Below, one piece after another: positions 54,628-61,799 of a stretch of DNA of 64,000 bases. The notes under the pieces are model-generated. The model saw only the letters and a program-made list of their open reading frames with translations. It ran no database searches and was not told where the DNA came from. Made by a program: the position numbers and the translations under genes. The number at the start of each line of letters is the position of its first letter. The stretch's first letter is position 1. This DNA comes from a virus, in the IMG/VR virus record IMGVR_UViG_3300031911_000002, positions 1 to 64,000 of that record; one strand, 5' to 3'.

Positions 54628-55324
54628 GGCCGTACTCCTTGTTGACGGTCCTCAGCAGAGCCTCGAACTTGACTCCGTCCCTGAACGCTTCCCACGCCAG
54701 GCGGTCCGCCTGGTCCACGGAGGAGTCGTTGACGGCGGCGTAGCGGTCGTCCCACTGAGCCTTACCGGCCACGGGGTGCAGGTGCTCGATGACGACGTCG
54801 TCCCGGTACCGCAGTCCGCCCACAGCCTCCCCGAGGTGCTTCCAGAAGTTGTCGAGGTACAGGTGGCGCATCACCTGCGGAGCCATGATCCCCATCGCCC
54901 GGATCATCCTCGACTGCATGAACACCGCTGTCGGCAGGGCCGCGCCCTGGAGCAGATCGTTGCCGTAGGCGATGCGGGGCTCCAGGCTGTCCAGCTCCGT
55001 GATCATCTGCTCGTCCCACCCACGGGTCCGGGGCAGGTGGTCGTCCCCCATGAACCCGACGTAGTCGAACGCGGCGGCGTACCGGCGCGCAGTGAAGTTG
55101 AGCGGGAAGCACAGCCCTCCGCCTCCGGCCTGGTCCATGACGAGGAGCCGCGTGAGGGCCCCGTCATCGAGCAGGGCCCTGTACTCCTCCAGCTTCGGGT
55201 CGTCCGGGTCGGCCACGAACACGGCAGCGGCGCCCAGGACGGTCGTGTCCCTGAACGCCGCTTCCAGCCGGGCCGCATTCTCCGGCCGTCCCCTGGTGGG
55301 GACGACCACAACGAGATCGGTCAC
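54620..55324 (-). CDS. GT2-like glycosyltransferase
   Basis: VVVPTRGRP, GFMGDD, HLYLD, IEHLHP. Confidence 0.8.
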   Translation of the reverse strand: MTDLVVVVPTRGRPENAARLEAAFRDTTVLGAAAVFVADPDDPKLEEYRALLDDGALTRLLVMDQAGGGGLCFPLNFTARRYAAAFDYVGFMGDDHLPRTRGWDEQMITELDSLEPRIAYGNDLLQGAALPTAVFMQSRMIRAMGIMAPQVMRHLYLDNFWKHLGEAVGGLRYRDDVVIEHLHPVAGKAQWDDRYAAVNDSSVDQADRLAWEAFRDGVKFEALLRTVNKEYGRG

Positions 55325-55704
55325 CTGGTCCTCTTTCCTCGGTCACGGGCTGCGGCCTCTGCCAGCCCGGCGTTGATCTGTGCCTCACGGGCGGTCTTGA
55401 TCAGGAACGCCAGCGCCACGGCGAACAGCGTAAGCCCGATCAGGCCCATCAGCAGCGCCATCATCGCGACCGCCAGGAGCAGGGCGCAGATGGTGAGGAT
55501 GATGGTCGACCCGAGGGCGAGCCAGACCCACGGCAGCGCCTTTTCGGCGAACGAGGGTCCGCCCCCCTCCGGCGCCGGAACAGGTGCCGGGGCCGGAGGG
55601 TAATGGTGGTGGATGTGGATGTGCTGGCCACCGGCCGGAGGGGTCGGGTTCGCCCGGAGGTAGTCCACGATCTCCGGCAGGCGGTCGCTGTTCGGCTGGT
55701 CCAT
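55321..55704 (-). CDS. SpdD-like spread membrane protein
   Basis: Pro-rich segment then a long hydrophobic hairpin (LLLAVA..AVAL); downstream of traB. Confidence 0.45.
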   Translation of the reverse strand: MDQPNSDRLPEIVDYLRANPTPPAGGQHIHIHHHYPPAPAPVPAPEGGGPSFAEKALPWVWLALGSTIILTICALLLAVAMMALLMGLIGLTLFAVALAFLIKTAREAQINAGLAEAAARDRGKRTR

Positions 55705-55721
55705 GGTCCGGCGCTCCTTGC

Positions 55722-55946
55722 TCAGGCGGTCGGGTTGATCCGCCGCTGGACGTAGAGGTCCAGGGCGACCCACGGGAAGATGCAGGCGGCGATCATCACG
55801 AGCGATCCGGCGACGTTGAAGTTGACCCGGTCGCCGGGGATGAGCCCCGTGATGAGCAGCCAGGTGAAGAATCCGAGGACCACGTCCAGGGCGATGAGCC
55901 CGTACGTGATGGCCTCCCGGACGGCCCACCGGACGATTGCTTCCAT
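55722..55946 (-). CDS. Small 2-TM protein (Spd-like)
   Basis: GAGG RBS; two hydrophobic helices. Confidence 0.5.
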   Translation of the reverse strand: MEAIVRWAVREAITYGLIALDVVLGFFTWLLITGLIPGDRVNFNVAGSLVMIAACIFPWVALDLYVQRRINPTA

Positions 55947-55973
55947 GATCGTTGTTCCTCTCTCGACGGCGTC

Positions 55974-56110
55974 TGACACGCTCTGTGACAGCCGCACGGT
56001 GATCGCCCAGGAATTCCCTAGGTCAGGGCCCGTGTCAGAAAGTGACTGACACCCTCTGACACGGACCCTGACACAGGGAGTGACACTAGGTGTGACACCC
56101 CTTGTGACAT
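55974..56110. repeat. clt-like TGACAC direct-repeat array
   Basis: TGACA(C/G/T) at 55974, 55986, 56047, 56057, 56069, 56081, 56093 and 56105, mostly 12 bp apart; one inverted copy at 56032. Confidence 0.75.
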
Positions 56111-56114
56111 GCGC

Positions 56115-58103
56115 TTATCCGGTCTGCGGGTACCTCTTGATGATCTCGTAGACCACCCCGCCCTCGGGCGGCCGGATCTCCCGCAGACGGCCCGCGTCGA
56201 CCAGCAGGCCCAGGTTCTGGTACACCCAGCCCCGCTTGCGGCCCACCTCCTCCGGGAGGTCGGCGAGGTCGGCGAACCGGATCTGCATCCGGCCGCTGGC
56301 CTCCAGGACGTCGATGCGGTTCTGGAGCCGGGCACGGGCCTGCTCCGTGGACATCGTGACCTGCGGCCCCGGCGCGTCACTGAAGCTGATGTCCAGAGCC
56401 TGCGCCGGAGGAGGCCGCAGAGGCTCGTTGACGTCAGCTCCAGGGACCCCGGAGAACATCACGCTCCCGCTCATCTCCTCGTCCTCCTCTCCGTATTCGT
56501 CCAGGTCAGCGTCCTGGTCCTCGTCCGCCGGGGTGACGGCCGGGTCGATCCCGAACGCCAGCCGCTCGTAGGTGCCCCCGTCGATCTCGGCCCAGTACTG
56601 CCGGGACTGCTCGATGCACATGCGCTTCTCGGCGGCCTTCATGTAGACCGTCCGGCCGTCGATCGGCCAGTGGACCTTGTCCGTGCCCGTGACCTCGGCG
56701 TACAGGCTGCCGGGATGGTCGGGCCCCCACTTGGTGGGGTCGGCTCCGGCCTCCAGAGTCTCCGGCCGCAGGGAGTACTTGGCGTCCTGAAACTCGTTCT
56801 GCCCGTGGGCCAGCGACTCGCTGAACTGACCCCTGACCTTACGGGGGATGTCGTCGTGCGGCATGGTCTGCATCGACAGGTTCAGCTTGACCCCAAGGGA
56901 CCGCAGCTTGCGCACCGCCTCGTAGACCTCCTCGTCACGGTCCATGATGACGTCGGCCGCCTCCTCGATGTCCACGAAGATGAACGGGACGCCGTGCAGG
57001 GAGTAGCACTCCGGCTCCCACTGCTTGTAGCCGGTGCCGCCGTCCGACCTGGTCAGGGACCCCAGGAGGTCGGAGCGGTAGGTGACCACCGGTCCGGCCA
57101 GGTTCTCGAACAGCTGCATGACCTGCTCTTTTGTCTTGGCCGCCAGGCCCAGGCACTCCTCGATGTCGCTGAAGGACTGCGCGAACTTGGCCGGGTCCCC
57201 GACGACCGGGACGATGTCCGTCCTCCAGCGCATGTCCAGGATCGCGGTGCAGACCGTCTCGGTCTTGCCGGATCCGGGGACGCCGGTCGTCTTGGAGTGG
57301 GTGACGTTGCGGGGATTCTTCGGGTCCGTGGACCCCGGCATCCACCACTCGATGTCCGATCCGTCCGTCCGGCGTCCCAGCCACAGCGGCGCTGCGGCGC
57401 AGGACTGTCCCGGTGCGGACGGCCCCCGGTAGACGAGGGGACGGGACGTGTCCTGGGCTCGGGTGAGGACAACGTCCACCTTGGACTCGTCCCCCTTCAC
57501 CTTCAGGATCTTGACCTGGTCCTTGCCGACCCCGGCGACGGCCGCCACCTGGGACGCGGCACGCTGTGCGTCCTCGGCCGTGGTGGGGGCCGCGAGGGAC
57601 TCCGTCCAGCGCATCTCCTGTCCGTTGTCCTTCGGGCTGGAGCTGCGGCTGTTCTTGAAAACGGAGATCTTGTCCCCGAGCCAGGACCCGGAGCTGTCCC
57701 CTGTCCTGTCCCGGTCGTGTCCCGCGACGATGCCCGCGTGACGGATCATCCAGAACGAGGACAGGGACACGCCGCCGATGACCCACGCCTTGAGCATGTC
57801 CCCGCGCCACGGTGTCCCTGTCCCGGCGAAGACGATCCAGGACAGGAGGACACCGACGAACAGGGTGGCTGTCACGCGTGTCTCGCTGCGGCGTCCCTTC
57901 CACGTCACCCATGTCCCGTAGGTCATGGCGGTGCAGATGACTCCCAGGACAGCCATCCACCGGCCGTCGCCCCCCACCGTGAAGTGGATGACCACGGCCA
58001 CCGGCATGGCGACGAGGGCGAGCCCCCACGGCGCCAGGTACGGCGCCGTCTTCTCTCCGATGCGCAGCCCCAGGGAGCCGCGCCGGTAGCCGTGGCCAGC
58101 CAT
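56115..58103 (-). CDS. traB: TraB-type FtsK/SpoIIIE conjugative DNA translocase
   Basis: Four N-terminal TM helices, Walker A GVPGSGKT, VGDPAK, Walker B FVDIEEAA, SMQ, C-terminal wHTH (GRKRGWVY..L..L...G.L). Confidence 0.85.
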   Translation of the reverse strand: MAGHGYRRGSLGLRIGEKTAPYLAPWGLALVAMPVAVVIHFTVGGDGRWMAVLGVICTAMTYGTWVTWKGRRSETRVTATLFVGVLLSWIVFAGTGTPWRGDMLKAWVIGGVSLSSFWMIRHAGIVAGHDRDRTGDSSGSWLGDKISVFKNSRSSSPKDNGQEMRWTESLAAPTTAEDAQRAASQVAAVAGVGKDQVKILKVKGDESKVDVVLTRAQDTSRPLVYRGPSAPGQSCAAAPLWLGRRTDGSDIEWWMPGSTDPKNPRNVTHSKTTGVPGSGKTETVCTAILDMRWRTDIVPVVGDPAKFAQSFSDIEECLGLAAKTKEQVMQLFENLAGPVVTYRSDLLGSLTRSDGGTGYKQWEPECYSLHGVPFIFVDIEEAADVIMDRDEEVYEAVRKLRSLGVKLNLSMQTMPHDDIPRKVRGQFSESLAHGQNEFQDAKYSLRPETLEAGADPTKWGPDHPGSLYAEVTGTDKVHWPIDGRTVYMKAAEKRMCIEQSRQYWAEIDGGTYERLAFGIDPAVTPADEDQDADLDEYGEEDEEMSGSVMFSGVPGADVNEPLRPPPAQALDISFSDAPGPQVTMSTEQARARLQNRIDVLEASGRMQIRFADLADLPEEVGRKRGWVYQNLGLLVDAGRLREIRPPEGGVVYEIIKRYPQTG

Positions 58104-58105
58104 GG

Positions 58106-58615
58106 TCAGCGACCTCCGAACGGGTCGAATCCGCCGCGTGAGCTGCGGTGGGGGCGGACGGTCTGCATGCTCTCCAGCCGGTCCAGGAAGTCCTCCATGG
58201 GCGCGTAGGCGTCCATGGCGTCCTTGGCCACGGCGAACAGGTCGTCGTGAGCGTTGGCGAGACGGCGGGAAACCTTCCTCAGAACCAGGCGCAGTTCAGC
58301 TTTCTGCGCGAGGGTGAGACGGCCGTCCGCACTGTCACGGGCGCCCTTCTTCATGGCGCGCTCCAGCTGGGTGGCGGCCGACTCCGTGAAGAACGCCGCG
58401 CCGGTCGCCAGCGCCCGCAGGGCCTCCAGGAACTGGTACAGCCCCTGGGGGTCGAGCACCTCGCCCTCGGTCAGGGTGTTCAGCGCCGCCGGGAGGTCCG
58501 TGCGGCGGCCGGGGCCGCTCGGGGCGGCCGGGGCCGCCGGGGCGGCCGGAGCTGCGGCCGGGGCCGTCTTGGAGGCGGCCGTCTTGCGGGCGGACCCGCC
58601 GGTTGCAGTGGTCAT
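58106..58615 (-). CDS. TraA-like transfer accessory protein
   Basis: Helical 169-aa protein directly upstream of traB; ends RGGFDPF. Confidence 0.5.
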   Translation of the reverse strand: MTTATGGSARKTAASKTAPAAAPAAPAAPAAPSGPGRRTDLPAALNTLTEGEVLDPQGLYQFLEALRALATGAAFFTESAATQLERAMKKGARDSADGRLTLAQKAELRLVLRKVSRRLANAHDDLFAVAKDAMDAYAPMEDFLDRLESMQTVRPHRSSRGGFDPFGGR

Positions 58616-58636
58616 GATCTGTCCTTCCGTGTGCGG

Positions 58637-59596
58637 TCAGGGCCGGGACAGCTTGTCCTTGGCCCGGTTGATGGACTTGTTCACCGTGTTGGTCTTGGGA
58701 GGTGTCCCGTCCGGGGACGCGTACTCCGCCATGAGCGTCTTGGCCACCGTGTCCTCCGGTGTACCGGCCTGGAGGAGGGACAGCGCCCGCGATCCCATCG
58801 ACGGACGGGACGTCCCGAGGGACACCGGCACCGGGACGGCCGCTGCGGGGGACGTCCCGGCGGACAGGGCCGGACGGGACACCGGGGCCGGGACAGCGGA
58901 CGGGACAGCCGCCGGGGAGGACGTCCCTGTCCGCGTCAGGGACACGACGGGCCGGGACACAGGGACGGCCGCCGGGGACGCCGGAGGGACAGGGGCTGTC
59001 CTCGGCGCCGGGGACGTCCTGCGGGGCCGGGACGCGGCCACGGGGACAGTGCCCTGGATGTCCTGTCCCGCAGCGTCCCCGGCGGGGACGGCGGGACGCG
59101 GCGGCATGGCGGCGAAATGCAGCAGGTGTCCCAGGATCAGGGGCGGGACGGAGGACACCGTGACGACGAGCCACACGGGCGGCCGGGGGTCGGCCGACAG
59201 GTACCCCGTCACGAACAGGTGGCTGACCGGCTGGGCCCCCATCGCCAGCGCGAGGGAGAGCACGGCGCCCCAGATGGACGACGACTTGCCCCGCGCCCCC
59301 TTGGGGAGCTGGGTGGAGATGACGGCCGCCAGACCCGCATACAGCGTGAACAGGCCCGCCATGCCCCAGCTCAACCGGTAGCTGAACCCGGACAGGTCCG
59401 CCAGGTGCTGCTCACCGGGCGCGCAGAGGACAAGGACGAGGATGGCGGACACCGGGACACCCCAGCGCCGGAAGTGTGACACCCAGGAGGGGACACCGGC
59501 CGTGGACGGGACACCGGCCGTGGACGGGACACCGGCCAGGACAGCGGCAGGGGACGTGTCCTCGGGGGACACCGAGCGTTTGAAGGGACGCCTCAT
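58637..59596 (-). CDS. DUF2637/Spd-like 4-TM protein with Pro/Ala/Val-rich linker and possible C-terminal HTH
   Basis: E..LA...G, four TM helices, SHL, VSSVPP..LGHLLH. Confidence 0.6.
   Translation of the reverse strand: MRRPFKRSVSPEDTSPAAVLAGVPSTAGVPSTAGVPSWVSHFRRWGVPVSAILVLVLCAPGEQHLADLSGFSYRLSWGMAGLFTLYAGLAAVISTQLPKGARGKSSSIWGAVLSLALAMGAQPVSHLFVTGYLSADPRPPVWLVVTVSSVPPLILGHLLHFAAMPPRPAVPAGDAAGQDIQGTVPVAASRPRRTSPAPRTAPVPPASPAAVPVSRPVVSLTRTGTSSPAAVPSAVPAPVSRPALSAGTSPAAAVPVPVSLGTSRPSMGSRALSLLQAGTPEDTVAKTLMAEYASPDGTPPKTNTVNKSINRAKDKLSRP
59490..59537. repeat. 18-bp tandem repeat (2.7 units) in coding sequence
   Basis: GGGACACCGGCCGTGGAC twice plus a partial copy; encodes AGVPST repeats. Confidence 0.85.
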
Positions 59597-59620
59597 GACC
59601 CTGTCCTCTCTTCCGTGGTC

Positions 59621-59636
59621 CGGTTTCCTTAAATCG
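59621..59636. promoter_or_regulatory. Operator-like 16-mer in the leader of the tra operon
   Basis: CGGTTTCCTTAAATCG; a minus-strand CATACT -10-like box lies just upstream. Confidence 0.55.
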
Positions 59637-59714
59637 GTTGGTCGAGTATGGCATGTCCGCTGGGACGTCCCGGTAAACCCGGACAGTCCTGTCCCGTGTC
59701 CTGTCCCCGGACAC

Positions 59715-59752
59715 AGCAGAGCCCCGGAGGGACGTCCCTCCGGGGCTCTGTC
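59715..59752. terminator. Long perfect hairpin
   Basis: CAGAGCCCCGGAGGGAC/GTCCCTCCGGGGCTCTG palindrome after the 59757 stop. Confidence 0.55.
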
Positions 59753-59756
59753 CGGA

Positions 59757-60038
59757 TCAGACCCCGAAGCTCCTCAGGGCCATGTCCTCCTCCACGACAC
59801 CGGACAGCTCCCGGACAAAGAACGCGAGCAGCGCCTTGTCCCGCAGGGACATCTTCCGGACGAGACGCACGGCCTTGTCCCGGTCGTCCGCGAGGACAGC
59901 GAGGAACACCTGCACCGCGCCGACGTCCTCGCGCGGGACGGCGAGGGTGTCCCCGGTGAGTGTCCCGCCGACGGGACTGAAGGGCGGGTAAGCGTCCTGG
60001 GGACGCCGGGGGATCTCCGGCTGACGGTTTTCGCTCAT
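59757..60038 (-). CDS. Hypothetical protein
   Basis: GACCAAGGAG leader; directly downstream of repeat copy 4. Confidence 0.55.
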   Translation of the reverse strand: MSENRQPEIPRRPQDAYPPFSPVGGTLTGDTLAVPREDVGAVQVFLAVLADDRDKAVRLVRKMSLRDKALLAFFVRELSGVVEEDMALRSFGV

Positions 60039-60067
60039 GATCTCTGCTCCTTGGTCTATTCGGTCCG

Positions 60068-60276
60068 GCGGATACCTATACGGTTACCCGGAGTCGCTTT
60101 AGTTAAATCTACCGGTGCGTAGCGTAGCGGCGTCACGAGGTTGCCGTCTCCGCAACGAACTGCGGACACCCTGTCTCCTCGGACACCCGGCCGGAGTTCG
60201 TTGTTCGGCCAGGTCGGATGGCAGATCGCTACCGGCCGGTAAGAAGGGGCCGGTCGGCCGCCGTATAACTACGCGC
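60068..60276 (-). repeat. Dispersed 209-bp element, copy 4
   Basis: Core nearly identical to copy 3. Confidence 0.92.
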
Positions 60277-60925
60277 TCCGGCCCGCTGTGTGGGCGTGGT
60301 GCACGTGCCAGTACCACGTCGCCTCCGGCAGGTGCTCGAACGCGTCCTGAGGGGCGCGGAGACGCGTGGCGGAGTCGTCCAGGAGCCGGATCAGGTAGTC
60401 CTCGTCCTCTCCCCTGTACCGCCCGTCCACGGCGTACCCCGGCCGGAAGCCTCCGATCCGGCGCACGCACTCGGTGCGGACCAGGTGCGTCATCGGGATG
60501 AACGATCCCCGGACCCTCAGGTGGGCCGCGTGCTCCGGCGTGAACCGCAGTCCCCACGGCGAGACGGGGAACCGGCCCTGGTGGGTGACGGCGGTCGGAT
60601 CGGTCCCTCCCACCATCTTCGGCACTGGGTAGACGAGGTCCGGCCGGGACGGCGACTGCTCCAGCACCCGCATGCAGGCCATCAGGTGGTTGGGCTTGAG
60701 GGTGTCGTCGTCGTCCAGCCACGCGATCACGTCCGTGGTGACCCGCTCCAGGGCCCGGTTGCGGGCGGACCAGGCGCCTGTGCGCTCGCTGTCGCGCTCG
60801 ACGACGATCTGGTCCGCCCGGCGGCGCTGGGCCCGCACGGACGTCAGGGCCCGGTCAAGCAGGGCCTCCCGTCCGGGAATGGTGGGGATGACGACGGCGA
60901 CCGTGAGCCGCTGCTTCACGGGCAC
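60269..60925 (-). CDS. GT2 glycosyltransferase
   Basis: VVIPTIPGR..LLDRAL.SV, ARNRAL, AWLDDDD, GEDED. Confidence 0.85.
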   Translation of the reverse strand: MPVKQRLTVAVVIPTIPGREALLDRALTSVRAQRRRADQIVVERDSERTGAWSARNRALERVTTDVIAWLDDDDTLKPNHLMACMRVLEQSPSRPDLVYPVPKMVGGTDPTAVTHQGRFPVSPWGLRFTPEHAAHLRVRGSFIPMTHLVRTECVRRIGGFRPGYAVDGRYRGEDEDYLIRLLDDSATRLRAPQDAFEHLPEATWYWHVHHAHTAGRSA

Positions 60926-61473
60926 GACCGCACCTCCACCCCGTCCGCCGGGGGAGTCCACCGCATCGGGCCGGGCGGGGAGATGCGGCCGTAGCTGTAC
61001 GGGTCGTCCGGGAACTCCGCACGGGTCTCCCGCATCAGCCGCTCCCGGTCTTCGTACCGCCTCCGGGACAGGCCCAGACTCCGGGACAGTCTGGCGTGCT
61101 GAGCGACCTCGTCCGCCCCGAACGCCAGGAACGCGCGGACGTCCTCGGCGGGCATCAGCCCCCGGTCGAACAGACGCTGTGCGGCCTCCAGGTCGTCCCC
61201 GTACAGCCGCTCCAGCCGGGTCAGGTCCGCCATCGTCGGCTCGTCGCCCCGGCCCCCGGCGACGCCGTCGAACGTCAGGCCCCAGCTCCGGGGGTCGTCC
61301 CCGTCGGGCACCCTGACACCCGCCAGCACCCGTCCGGTCTCGGCCAGGACGGGCGCCGCCTCTGCTGCGACACGGCCGATGTCCCTCCAGGACCCCCGGA
61401 GAGCCTCCGTCGCGGGACGGATGGTCTCCCTCAGGAGTTCCTGACGGTTTACTGTCCCCGGCTCCGGCGTCAC
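60916..61473 (-). CDS. Hypothetical protein
   Basis: Overlaps neighbours; ends MRWTP; start uncertain. Confidence 0.5.
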   Translation of the reverse strand: MTPEPGTVNRQELLRETIRPATEALRGSWRDIGRVAAEAAPVLAETGRVLAGVRVPDGDDPRSWGLTFDGVAGGRGDEPTMADLTRLERLYGDDLEAAQRLFDRGLMPAEDVRAFLAFGADEVAQHARLSRSLGLSRRRYEDRERLMRETRAEFPDDPYSYGRISPPGPMRWTPPADGVEVRSCP

Positions 61474-61727
61474 GGGCACGGCTGGTCCACCTCCGCCGTC
61501 CACACCATCTCCGACGACCCCTCGGCCGCCGACGTGCACTTGCGGATCAGGCCATCGTTGCGCAGACGGTTCAGGCTGAGCCAGACGCGGGACTTGTTCT
61601 CCCCGAGATCCTCGGCCAGGGCGTTGCGGGTCTGGGGGCCCTGTGCCCGCAGGCGCTCCAGGATCTTCCGGTCACGGTCGATCGTCTCCTGGGGGCGGGG
61701 ACGCCCCCTGGGCCTCTGCTCGGACAT
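61470..61727 (-). CDS. Winged-HTH DNA-binding protein with AT-hook-like RGRP
   Basis: RPRGRPRP..RD.KIL..L...GP.TRN.LA..LG....V..SL.RL...G. Confidence 0.7.
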   Translation of the reverse strand: MSEQRPRGRPRPQETIDRDRKILERLRAQGPQTRNALAEDLGENKSRVWLSLNRLRNDGLIRKCTSAAEGSSEMVWTAEVDQPCP

Positions 61728-61753
61728 GGTCTCTCCTCCGTGGTCGTGTCCGT

Positions 61754-61769
61754 CGATTTACCTTAACCG
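61754..61769. promoter_or_regulatory. Operator-like 16-mer
   Basis: CGATTTACCTTAACCG, about 27 bp upstream of the wHTH start. Confidence 0.6.
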
Positions 61770-61799
61770 GTGGTACCCGGTCTGGGGCCCCCTCACCCC

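Noticed and set aside
55974-56110. CRISPR or mini-array interpretation of the TGACAC repeats
   Set aside because: The units are 6 bp with about 6-bp gaps and no cas genes; a clt-like site fits better.
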